Source of the DNA: Ramazzottius varieornatus | Lineage: Eukaryota > Animalia > Tardigrada | Length of the DNA: 64,000 nt | Assembly (NCBI GenBank): GCA_001949185.1 | Contig: BDGG01000009.1 | Location: 1,043,624-1,107,623, forward strand | Direction: 5' to 3' | Shown here: piece after piece, positions 1 to 13,000 of the stretch | Numbering within the stretch: the first letter of the stretch is position 1 | How the letters are laid out: each line of letters starts with the position of its first letter | The notes under the pieces: generated by a model | Databases searched by the model: none | What the model saw: the letters and a program-made list of their open reading frames with translations, nothing else | What the model was told of the DNA's origin: nothing | Translations under genes and position numbers: made by a program

Positions 1-3000
1 TTCGCGCCCGTCGTTCCTGTACCGTTGACTGTGTTGAGAGTGCGCCGCTGCCCCGTTTGAGCGGCGCACGGTTCGCGTGACATGTTGGCCGTGTGTGCCA
101 CGGGGACAAATGGGCGCCTAAATGAAAGTCATTTCCGGCCGGCACTAGCTGTAATAGCCAGACGTGTCCTCTTTACATACTTTAGTCCCTTTGAATTGGA
201 AATTGTACTATACACGACGACTGTGTAATGAATATAATGAAAATCACATCCTCTCATTTTCTGGTTCAAGCCTCCCGTTTGACTTTGCGCGCGCTGAATA
301 CTCAACTGCGCCACAAGTGAATATGCATTCCTTTCTCTTAATTTTGCCTGCGACTGTTCTTACTGGCTCTTCATTGAATGATGCTTGCCGAACATTAAAA
401 TATGCGTGATGAATACGGCTGACAGTTTAACAGTGTTGATAGCAGGGTATTTCGATGGCGGCTCCTTGCATGTCGTACAAGGAAGTTTATGGCAGCCAAA
501 GGCTTTGGGTAGCCATCGATATTATAAACTGTGTATATTGACGTGGCCAAATTGATCAGTGTTTAGTAAGATGAGGCGGCTTCTTGTGCATCTGGCGATG
601 ACCATCGTCAAGGGATAATCGTTTCATCAGGCTGATCATTGCCAGAGGAAGATATTTCATAATTACACTCAACCGAAAGGCGGCGACTTGTGATCGGGTT
701 TCTCTTTCGCGAAAGCTATCTTGTATCAACTGGTTACAAGAATGCTTTTGATAATTTGCGAGCTAGGTAAATCAGCTCGACCAGATAGCTTTCCCAAGTG
801 GCGCATGTTTACAGTGTTACTGGCTGGAAACGTGCGGTACTTGCGAGAACAATTTTGCGAGTTTGAATTTCGTCCCAAGTGGCGCATTTTACATTGTTAT
901 CGGCTGGAAACGTGCGCCACCTGAAAAAAGGACCTGGTTGCGTCTGTGTAAGTCCCATGTATGGATCGGACGCCGAAATTTCTGCACTCTTTGACGTGTG
1001 TCGGTTGGTCTTGAAAGGAATTCAATCGTTGGTCAATTAAGAAATTTAATAAAACCGCTGGTGGGTATTGATATATCTTTCGAGTCCTCTGCACGATTAA
1101 CGCTTACAATCTTGCTTATTAACGAGATCCAGCTTGCCACGATTGACGAAGCAAGCCGTATCTCATAGCTTTGATGTATGATACTAAATAAATAGTGAAG
1201 TGAATCAAAATGCAGTTGGGTACTGTACTACTTGGTGAACTCACCAGACAAGTCTGTTGCATGCTGATGTTGCTGCAAACACGCCACTTGGTCCTTGTCA
1301 TGTCAAGGTTTCTCGTTGTGCTCATACTGTGAAAAGCTGATATCTGCTGATTCTGAACGCCTAGTTTTTCTTATTAATATGTATTTGCTTACAATCTATA
1401 AGCCAGTTTTTGTTTGCTTTGTGAAAAACCTCCCCGGAAATATTTATAAAATTTGCATTTGACGTAACATCCCTACCTTGGCGATCCTATAAGCACAGCT
1501 GTCTTTCAAACTGCCGAGAAGCCAATTTATTGCAGAAGAAAATCAGATGGGAACCCGAAAAACTCGGCCAAATCGTTTTCCGAAGTGGCGCAGGCTTCTA
1601 GTGAATATTTTCGAGAGCGTGCGCCACTTGGGGAAACAGTCTGGTCGACTTCGTCTGCCGAGCTCCCATGCTATGAGGTTTCCAGAAGTATGCATGTGGA
1701 TACTCGGAACCAAGAAGTCTGGCTTGTGCTAGGCTTCGTTTTCTTTGCTTCACAGTTTTCCATACTTGAAAGAAAACACCGCAAGAATTTGTGATGCAGT
1801 TATGGCCTTTCGTTCTCCAGTCACTCGTTTTGATTGTGAACTTGTGCAGAAGTATCAAATGTCAAAGCACATTCAGCTGGTCATCAGCGATCATTCAGAG
1901 TTATGTGGTAGTTATGCAGTTGTGATATTGACCGGTCAACTGCTTGACTGCGCTGAGCATTTTCCAGTAAGCTGCATAACACTTCTTGGTTCCATTGTAT
2001 GGAAACCTATAATCAACAAATTTCCAGAGGTTTAGCAATTCAGCTCTGATTGAAAGTCATACAGACGATTGAGGCTGGCATTCTCCTCAAGAATGACTTC
2101 TAACAAGTTGTTGTAACGGACTGACTGCTTCGCTCTGACAGAAAGTAGCGCTTTCGTTCTACACAGCATACTCTTTGTACCCGCTGTAAATTTATGAAAT
2201 TCCTGTCACCGCCTCCAAATGTCTAGCCGAAGATCCGGTGCGTCGCCCACGTAGACGGAATATCTCATCGGCAATATATCTAAGGTATAAGACCCATACG
2301 AGAGGAAATATTCAAGTGCAAAATCAGTCCTAGACTCGGCGCCGCGGCTCCCTGGCTAACTTTTCCTCTTGATCCAGAAAAATATAAGGACCACGGTCCT
2401 AGCTACCACAGGGAACGAGCTGTAGCTGTCACGTGATCGAACAACACCACACCACAAAAAGGGATACCTTTCATGGCCAACAACATTCTTGCTGATGACG
2501 TCATCCAAAACCGTTCTGTCACGTGATTCGACAGAAAAACGCCTCATACCCAATACGAACATTTCACCGTACAATGACTGTGCTCTGGATTATACCGCAG
2601 TTACCCCAGCTTGCGCAGTGTAAAAAACAATGTTTCGCTCGTCGGGCAAGGAAACGTAGGCATATTATAATGGAATGCAAAAGTCGGCATTAACTTAAGG
2701 CAGAATTCTCAAATTGTGATGTCACCAAATGAATTTATTAAGATCGTCTTCGCAAGTGCCACACACCTTTAGCCAATACGAACGAAAACGTGCGCCACTG
2801 GAGACGACGACCTGGGTGAATGGAATCCCAGCACCAGACCTGAACCGCAGGTTGGACGAAAATATAATTTAATTTCCTGCTCATTAATCGATGTTCTCTT
2901 CGGCAGTGATGTCAAATTTCCGCCACTGTTTGCTGTTGGGATTAAATAGTTTGCAGTCCCACTCCAGCAGGATAATCTTTGATTGCACAGTCCCTGTGTC

Positions 3001-3394
3001 AACAACTTGCCTTTTGTGAATTTGTTTGCCTAGTACGTGTAATTACAAAGCCCACTTAACACTCAACAGATTTCGTACGCCTTGAATGAATATTCTCCCG
3101 ATTTTCACACCTGACTGCAGCCGGTCAAAACGTATCATGTTTCCCACCAGGAAGTACTGCCAATGGAGAGAACCTTCTCACTCGGGCCAAATTCGGCTCA
3201 CTTCTACGATCGATCGTCTACTTCAGCTTGCAGCTTTCTGACACGTTTACTTCAAGACCAGCATCACAAGAGCACGAATTGGTAGGGTGAAACTTTGGCC
3301 ACGAGATGAAATCAGCATGTTAAAAAAAACAAAAGCGTGGAGATGGATCTAACTGAACTGTGGATAGGGATATGCTGAATTTCTCGTGAGGGTC

Positions 3395-3466
3395 GGGGCA
3401 ATAGTCTAGGGGTATGATATCCGCTTAGGGTGCGGGTGGTCCCGGGTTCAATTCCCGGTTGCCCCC
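3395..3466 (+). tRNA. tRNA-Pro (AGG)
   Basis: Full cloverleaf: acceptor GGGGCAA/TTGCCCC, D arm GTCTAGGGGTATGAT, anticodon arm TCCGC-TTAGGGT-GCGGG, T arm CCGGG-TTCAATT-CCCGG. A T-run (Pol III terminator) follows immediately. Confidence 0.95.
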
Positions 3467-5500
3467 ATTTTTACATTTTCCGAGACATGATTTTAGTCCC
3501 GGAAGCTGTACACAAGGCCGGAAACGGGGTTCGGAAGGTCCATAGATGTTGCTGGCATTTTTTTAAGTTCACTTCCGAGACTGGAAGTACGCGTAATAGT
3601 TGCATCGTTTCAAGACGCTACAGGCTCGAAATGTTATTGTGGCGCAGTTCGCGCGGCGTTTTTGCATTTTGCACCTAAGCTGTCCTTCATGAACCGGCTT
3701 CACCCACTTCCTTTATGCCGCATTGCACATGCACGCGCTAGAGCCCCAAAAGAAAGAATATGTTCATAACATGAGCGTCAAATGGTCCGACGCCTTGCAT
3801 GTGTCTTGCACTCAATTCCGAGTCTTTCAACTGCAGTTTAGACTTCTTGCCTCGTCGTTGCGCTAAGTGATGATATGACAGGTTTCTCAAGACGATCGAT
3901 CACTTCTTATTAACTATTCGAACCCGTATTGCAGCTTGCCCTATTCAAGACTCGTTCTGAAGTGAATTATTAACTGAAACGCAATCTAGCAGCAATAACT
4001 TGCGTGTCATAAACTCGCTAATAACACCGATATTTTTCGGTACACATCATTGCACAGATCTCTGAAGCCGACGCTACCGTTGTATGGAAGCACCAAACAC
4101 AAAGATGCAAAAGGACGATACATTCGAACCCTTTCTTTTCGAAATTTTGTTTCAAAATTTGAAATAGGTTTTTACTTTTCCGTGACCATTCTCTTGAACT
4201 CCAAATGAAACTAAACAGCCATATTTGGATTTAGTCAAACAAACGCGTCAAGATCTTCAGCCTACATGGCGCACTCATGCAGCCAATAATACTGAGGACA
4301 CACGCCACTTGGGAAAGCTAACTCTACAAGCTAGTCTTCAAAATGGCGCAGTTTATCAGTGTCATTGGCTAAGAACGTGCGCCACTTGGACTGAAAGTAT
4401 TGTTGAGTTCGATTGCCAAGATTGTTTTTGCGGGAAATTTGGTTGTCGAGTTGTATGTGGATCGAGGTGCTTTTTTCGAATGATCGCAGCAAGGTATGAT
4501 GTCAATATGAAATTGATAACAAGGTCAGATGGGTGCCAAGGCGTGTGTGTCGACAGCAACAGCTACTTCTGAGGACCGCTCGGTGATGCAACGAGAACGT
4601 TTTAATTGTTTGTTAGGAGTTGTGTCTTGTAAATTATTTGTGACAGCGATGGCCTGCTGTCTTTTTTCGCACTCGACTAGAAGGAGCCACAGCGGGAACC
4701 TGCCGCACGGCCAGCAGGGTACCAGCAGGACGCCGGTGGAGCCAAGCGGTGAAGGATGTACACAAAGACTACCCTGCTGGATGCTTGCAAGCTTAACCTA
4801 TCGTTACAAGGTCCATACCTTCTCCGTAGGATATGCAAGCTCCGTACGGCGCAAGTATGCATCATTTGAAATCCATCATTCTGCAAAATACGCCACTGAC
4901 ACTACCGACTGAAATTCATTTCTTCCTCTGTGTCGAATTTCTCTCCCCTCATCGTTACAAAAATCTTCTCGCTTTGCTCGAGCGAAACTACGAGAACAAT
5001 ATTTCCATGTCGATTTGAGATTTCACTTTATATTCCGAATAGAAAACGCAACTGATCGCCGAATGGCCGCCGTCATAACAGCTGAGGATACCATAAACCA
5101 CAGTATGCGGTATGCTGCATGTATGCTGCCAGTGGCGACACCTGCAGTTGCGGTTGCAGGCTGGGCGTTGCCTGCGTGGGAACCAGCCAGCGCGTCGCTT
5201 AGCGGAAGTCATGCATGCCGGCAGACGATCTTGCCCCTTCTTCTGAATACTGCCTACCATAATCTGTTTCCCCGAGAACTGGTTCATCTTCGTTATTATT
5301 CATTACTGACAAGACTAAAAACTCAACACTTTGCTAAATCTTCGCAGAAGGAATGAAAGAGAGATCAACTTAAGATCGCAGTAATGTCAGAATCGTGGCA
5401 GGAAACTGAATGGCGCGATCTCTGCGTGAGATGGCGTAAGCACAGCAAGTACAAAAGTACATCTTCCATGCCTTTCCCGTTTTTGAAAGGGGAAGAGAAT

Positions 5501-8477
5501 TCACATGCAAATATTATCGGATTCACCGTGATGATCAGTGTGTGATTGGGAAATACTGTATTTACTTTCGCGCTTCCGCCAGTTACACAGCAAGCGTCGG
5601 AATGCTGCTCGATATTCCCGATTGGTCATGCCTGTAAAAGAGGGAAGATGGTTATTACTAGTCGCTACGCGATCCTTGTGTGTACTCTTGGCGGTTACGA
5701 CGACGGAGTCCTTTGTACAATTTCAGTCACCATCTTCAACACCTCCCCAAAAAATTTTCCCTGATTGTCGGCAGTTCCAATATCGCTCTTATTTACATGA
5801 AAAATTAGCATATAGGAACGTCTACGTGACGAAAAAGATCGATGGGGAAACCTTTACCATAAACAAATGGATTTATACAGGAATTGGAATATCCCATCCA
5901 GAGAAAGACTTCCTCGACCACCGGGTGAATCTGTATTGCGTCAAGAGGGTTGACAGTGAAGCAGGTGAAGTAAGGAAGCCAACACGCGGTGAAGGCTCCT
6001 ACGATGATGAAGAGCGTAATGGTCGCTCTGTGCTGACGCAGTATATGCGTGTGACTACGAAAAACAATATGCGGCTTAGTTTTGAACATCACAATAACAA
6101 ACAATTTTGGAAGAACATCGGAAGTTGCCAACCAAACGTACAATGTTGTTTCACCAAGTGGCGCACGCTGTCATCCAACAAAACTGAGAAGGTGTGCCAC
6201 TTGAGAAAACAACCTAACTCGATAAGATTCTTTTTCGAGTTTGCGCATGCTAGCGGTATTGGCTATGATAAGTGTGCGCCACTTGGATAACAATATTGTC
6301 CAGTCAAATTTTCGTGTCAAGGGCGCACGTTTCCATTATGAATGGCTGCAAGCATGCGCCACTCACACTCTTAGTATTCTGCCTGCTATGTGCCCGTCTC
6401 CTACATGCACTACCTGTGAGTTCGATGCCGATGATGATGACCGTCGTCTTTTGGGATACATTCTTTGCTGATGTAAGTTTGTGCGCGAATTTGTTTGACA
6501 TGGCCATAACTGATTGTCAGGATCTTCATGTACATAATGTACAGGACGATCAGAGGGATGTAGAAGGTGCCTATGCCGATGGTGATGCTATAAGGGAGGG
6601 TCTCCACCAGGAAGACACAGTTGTGCGAGGAAGCTTCGTCAACGTTCTGCACGCGTCCGTCTGACGTGTTCCAGCCGGAATAGATGGGCACGAAGGCAAT
6701 CAAGGCCGACAAAATCCATACAGCGGTCAACATTAGAATGGCCGTCCGCTTAGTTATGATTGATCGGTACAGGAGAGGACGAGTGATGGCATAATATCTG
6801 TCAATCGAAACCTGTAAAGAGACAAAAAGATCAAATTAGATTCCAAGAAAACTGTCTCTGTAACCTGTGGATGTGGATTGCGGTGCGGATAAGCGAACGG
6901 GAAACTGTAGGAACCATTCAGAAACCCACAGCCGAACAGAACCTTCGATCATATACATGCGTACATCGAGTCTCAGTTTCAGTGGGGCGTCCGAGTATGC
7001 AGGTTTACCAATGTTTATAAACCTTCGTTTCCTAGTCACTCATTTCCGGTTCGCTTCCAGAAGCATTCGCTTTTGTGAAATTAGAAGAAACTGCTTCGAA
7101 CTACGGAAATTTCAGCGAAAAAATTTCACACTTAAGAGGTTCCGGTTTATCGAAGTCTAGGGCATCGACCGTAATCAGAAAATGTGATTGGGCGATTAAT
7201 CAGTGAGTCGTGTACATTCAAAGGAACCTGCCGGAAGTACACCCAAGACCTGAATACAGAATACAGGAGCAAAATCCAGGTCGGATTTAGCCATCACAGT
7301 CTAAGGAGGAACTGCCAAAGAATATCTTTCGGCTCCCTTAGAGGATCTCCAACAGGGAAGTCCTGTTGATGTTGCTTGTAGCCGGGTTCGCGCTCTCGGT
7401 TTCAGTGTCATTATAAAGGACGGAAGGTGTCTTGTCATGCAAATTAACAACGGACATGAGATCCTGGGAGTCGGCAAAGAGGGTGCGCCACTTGAATGAT
7501 ATTATGATCTCCCAATGGTGTACGCCATCGTCAATTACTCATCCAGAAACCCTCTGGGAGCAATCTAGACAGCAACACCACTTTCACAAGATTGTAAAGT
7601 GGTGGCGGAATGTTTCCCGGATCGTTAGAATTACTCGAGTATACTTACCACGAATAGGTTTAGGATAGATGCAGTCGACAGAAAGACATCCAAGCAAATG
7701 TACAGATTGCAAACGGTACTTCCCAGTATCCAACTGTTGGTCAAGAGCTTGCCGAAGCTGAACGGAAGGACGAAGAGCCCCAAGAGCAAATCACTACAAA
7801 TACAAACAAACAGTATGCGAAAGTCAAGATTTAGAATTCGAATCCATAGTTGGGATGTTGGCAATTAATTCACTCAGATTGTTTTCAAGTGGCGCACGTC
7901 TTCATCGTTATTTGTTGAAGTTGTGCGCCACTTTGGAGAGCTGCTCTTGCCAGGTTTTGTTGACTTCCCAAGTGGCGCATCTTCATGTTGTTACAGCCCG
8001 TATCGATAAGAGAGTGCGCCACTTGGAAAGCAATCTAGTCGAGTTTGATGGCTTTCCCAAGTAGCGCATATTTGCGTTCTTATTTGGTGCGAGAGTACGC
8101 CACTTAGGAAAACGGTGTGAATGAAATCATTTGCCGACATCACCAGTCGAGTTTTGTCTGGAAGGAAGAAAAAACGTGGAATACCTGACAGCCAAGGAGG
8201 CGCAAAAGCTATTCGTGATATTCAGCCGTAGCTGTCTACTGTGGATAATGGCCACACAAACTAGCAAATTGCCGGCAATAGTCCCAATCACAATAAAGAA
8301 GGTGGGTATAGCAATGAGGATGGCGTTGAGCGTCGGCGGCGTGGTCCCCAGCTGGGACTCTCCAAAGTTCCCTGCTTTAGTTAGTCCATGGAACTCATGG
8401 GAAGTACAGTTGACCAACGGGAAACAGGACTGTGTAACCTCCATAAGAAACTCGCTGGAACCTTCTCCCATTAGCAT
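5501..8477 (-). CDS. Aminergic class A GPCR, histamine H2-receptor-like (5 exons: 8477-8185, 7793-7649, 6811-6414, 6054-5858, 5631-5501)
   Basis: Spliced product has GNLLV (TM1), LAVSDLLLG (TM2), LDVFLSTASI...SIDRY (TM3 with the amine-binding Asp), HRATITL..CWLPYF (TM6), WMGYSNSCINPFVY (TM7) and a helix-8 REYRAAF. All introns are GT-AG. Confidence 0.88.
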
Positions 8478-10041
8478 CCGTCTGAGTGAATAGTTTCATG
8501 TGATGGGATCATCAAAGAACGCTTCATTACTTCTGTGATCTCAAACCAGATCACTGGACCGGATTTGATGGAGCAAGATTAAAAAGACGCCTACAGGGAT
8601 GAAAACACCACATGGAGAAATTCCAATGCCGGAAGTGGATAAACGGGTGGAATTCTAGCACGCAAAAAAAAGCCCAACTTGTCTTCTCTACTTTTCTCGC
8701 GAAACTCGATATCACGACGAAGCCGCCAGACCGTCGCTTGGAATCCTTCAAGATGTGAAAGAGGATATCGTGCCGTACCAGATCTGAAGTATTCAAGCCG
8801 TCATGGGGCACAGTTTAGCAGCAAAACAGACAACAAAGAACAGCAGCTTATTAGATTATCCCAGAAATATCTGGGGTGCGAGAGATTATCCCGCGAGCCT
8901 TCAGGATAGAATCATGGAAGAAAAGGGAAGGAGGGATATTCAACAAGACGAGCTACTGCATTATCCGTGCAATTGAAGACTGGCGATCGGGTCATTAATC
9001 TTCATTAGGCAGATGCTCGGCATTGGTTCTGCCGTGCATCCATGCCATGGTACAAAGAACCCACACTCTCAGAGACATAATGAGAAGCCACGAACTCACG
9101 CTCAACCTTGCTGAAATGATTGATAAGGCACCACGGCATTGCTCCAAGTCATATCAATAAAACAATAACACCTGTCGAGATTGGCAAACAACGTATATCG
9201 GTTACGAATCAACCTGCATACCGGAGGACGACGCGAAAGTACGGGGTCTTTGTATGCAGGTTCGTGATCTTTCTGTCGAACTCAAGCTGCATACACTATT
9301 AACATAAACATTGACATTTCATCAACCTGCATACCGGGTATCGTCACAAAGTATACACCGGCGTGTATGCAGGTTCGTGATGTCTCTGTCGAGCACAAGC
9401 AAAGCAGACTGATAATGAATGCCTCCTGTCGCCCAACCTCACGTTCGAGTTTGCGACTTAAAAATACCGTAATCAAGCTAACCGCGAGCGGCAGTCTAGC
9501 GACGATTACGCCGATTAGTTCAGTTAGAGGCGAGGTACTCTGCTCATAACGGAGAAATGCTTTTGAAATTATTATCGGAAGCTCGATACGAGAGAGAATT
9601 GTAGGCAAACGACAGCGACAATGCAACCGACGTTGTTTACCATCTCTTCTCACTACGGGAGGGGAATGTGCTGACATGAACGGAGAACGTCCATCAAGTC
9701 GTCCAGTCTTCCATCGCGCAGTTCACAACGGAAGTATCAAAGAGATAACTCGTGTACATTTGTATATGCTACCTAATCAAGTACATTCTCCCCAGCATCG
9801 ATCGACACTTACGACTCCTACAGATCCACTCAACTTTGATACATATTTAAAATCTCCCCTTATAAATACTCAGAAATTCCACTATGACGTCAGCGACCCA
9901 ATAACACAAGTAACACATTTTTCAAGGTAAACACAAAACAAAAAGAATTTTCAGTTCTGTCAAGACGTTTTCATGATAAAAACATCACCGAGTCAAAAGA
10001 TATCACAGAAAAAAAACTGAGAAAAAATTTGCCGAAATTGA

Positions 10042-13000
10042 TCAAACGAAAGCAGATAGCCGAGAACCGGAAGAACTCTCGGTCTCGGTTTGGACGCCAT
10101 AGTCATCGCTAACCGAATCGAACTCACTATTGTCTTCACTGTACACGACCTCATGGTCCACCATACCTTCTTCCATACCTTCTTGGGGCTGAGAAGCCTT
10201 CAGCTCTAACCCATCCATCTTCTCCAGGAGCTTGGCTCGTTGGGCTGCCAGGAGCTCTGTGCGACGCTGGAAGCGCCGTCTGAACTCCTGCATCATACTG
10301 GCAGCGTACAAAGTACCCACTGTAATATCTTTGGCTAAAAAAGAACAGATTTTTGCTGCTATTATGAATGTATTTATGCGTTTGAGAAGATGATAATACC
10401 TCCTACAGCTGGGATGACGAGATTTAGAAACTTGTCGGGAATTCTGCTCCAGAGGCTTTTGACTATTCCTCTCAGCCGTTCATTAGCTCCATTGACTTTC
10501 CCTTCCGTTTGTATGCCTAATGCCGTTCGAACCAAGGCGAAGAGCGTCGCGTTGAAGTGGACGGTCCCGTCAGCGTACAGTGGCATATTCATCGCCAGTA
10601 GCTTCTGCAAAGGATGAGATGAAAAATGAACATAAGAGAGTGTGCCAAAAATATCTTAATCTTTCAAATTTTTAACTTTTTCCGGAAACGTTGTCTTCCG
10701 GGAGACTTTAATCCCAGTCACTCTATCCCATCTTCTGAATTTTCACCAGAAATCTTGCAATTCAACTCAACTGTACAGAACACTTTCGCTTAAATTTGCC
10801 TTTCAAGTTCTATCCTTGACTGACCGGTAGGCCGGCTGGACGAAACTTACAAGGATCGTCGTCTCAAGTGGCGCAAACGTCCCACCAATAACAATCAAAA
10901 CGCGCGTCACCTGAAACTGCGATCTCGTACGTCTTTTTGCCGGTTTTCGCCTCAGTTTTGTTGTCCGTTTAGCTTCTGTGTTTCATTGTATTCAACTCGC
11001 GCATTTCATGTATCGGTTTTCAGACATCAGACTATGTGTCGTACTTTGCGAGCTAGGCGACGTGGGCAGAACTTGCCAATGCCCAGCGGTGGGTTCATCC
11101 TCTTGAGCAGCGAGACGACATCGCCATGTTGTATCCTTCCGCTGGCCTTGGGGTCGTAGTCTGCCCACAGGCGGACGAAGTCGTCCAAGTGTTGTGGCCC
11201 TAGGATGGACCAATCACGGGTCAAGTAGTCAAAGTTGTCCATGATGACGGCCACCAAGACGTTCAGGATCATGAAGGTGCAGACAAAGTGGAAGGAGGTG
11301 AAGTAGATGTAGGTGAAAGCCGACCCGCAGATGGCGCCTGCTGGTTCGCCCGCTTCCTCGTCACAGAAGACGCCGTTGCGGTAAGCGCAAGACAGCATAA
11401 TGTCCTGCCAGGCTTCGCCGGTAGCGCAGCGGAAGAGGAGCATGCAGGCTTGGGGAAAGGTGCGGAAGTTGTTGTTGCGGCAGATAGCGCTGTTGACATT
11501 GTCCAGCGCAATCTTGCCGAATATCTAGGAATGAAAATGAATAACTAATTCAAAATATCGTGCGAAAAGCCGAGTAAGTCCAAAAATGAAAAGTCGAAAC
11601 CAAACGTCTGTTTTAATTGAAGTGGAAGTTCGGCGAGAAAGGCGACAAGATCATTTTCAAAAGTGGGGCACCTTTACGGTGTGATTGGCTGACAGCGTGC
11701 GCCACTTGAGAGAACGAGCTTGTCCTGGTTGGTTAAATTTCCAAGTGGCGCACGTTTCCAGTGACACAGGCTAGAAACATGCGATACGTAAACGACCTTT
11801 CCGAGTTTGTGTGCCCGACTGCCATATGCTTTGTGAATTTTCTTACCTGCATGCCAATGACGGCGTAGATGAAGAAGATGACGCCGATCAGCAGCGCCAC
11901 GTACGGGAGAGCCTTAAGGGAGCGTGCGAAAGTCCACAGTAAGATGCGAGTGTCTTCCCCGCGTCCCAGCAGCTTGCCGAGTCGTAGAGCTCGGAATACT
12001 CGGAAGAAGTTTAAATTGAGGGTAAAGTGATTACTCTGTAACACAATATGATTGCTTTCAACGTTTTGCACAGTATTAGGTAACAGTAGATTGATACTTA
12101 CGGTGGCAAAGGCGCCGTAGAGGATGTCAATCAAACTGCCGACTAGTACGGCAAAGTCGAAAGAGTTCCACGGATCTCGAAAATAAGTCTGCAAGACGAA
12201 ATAATCTGACTGTGTGAGGGTTAGAACAACAGCTGGTAGGAATAAAAACGAAATTTTTTCTTACGCGTATTCCATAGCCCATAAGTTTGACAATGGCTTC
12301 AACACCGAAGAAACCTGTGAAGATCATGTTGAGGTATTCCAGAGCATGGGCAGAGGAGGCTGGCTCCCCGTTGTACTGCAAAAGTTTCACCATACAGACT
12401 TATTCACTCAATTCTCTCTAGCACTAATGATTCACAGATGATCCGAGTTCAGACCAAAGTCGAAACGTAAAAACACAACCTAAACAAACAAATTCGACCA
12501 GATCGTTTTCCCAAGTTGCGCACGCTTTCACTGTATTGACTGTAACGTGCGCAACTTGGGGAGAAACAGTTTTGATTGCTTTGCCAAGTGGCGCACACTG
12601 TCGATGTTCTTGGTTGAAGCAATGCGCCACTCGGGAAAAACGACCTTGCCCAGTTGGTTTGCCGAGCTCCCAACCATCGTACCTTGGAGGCCATTGCCAC
12701 AGTGTTGAGGATGATCAAGCCAAACACACAGTACTCAAACGGTTCCGAGGTGACCAGCCACCATATCTTGTACTGTAGTCTATTGGTGGGAATGTAGCGC
12801 TTGATTGGTCGAGCAAAGAGCGCGAACTCCATACACATTCGCTGAAAGAAGGAAATCCGCTCATTTCATAAGAGTCGAAAAGGGTTGTCAAAGAATAAAG
12901 ATGTACTTGATTGCGGTCTAACTGGCAGTGGGCGAACTCCTGTTCGCCTTCCTGCTGGAAGGTAACGATGATGAAGCCGACGAAGATGTTGAGCATGAAG

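Noticed and set aside
5538-6290. 250-aa plus-strand ORF
   Set aside because: Antisense to GPCR exons plus a repeat; no recognisable domain.
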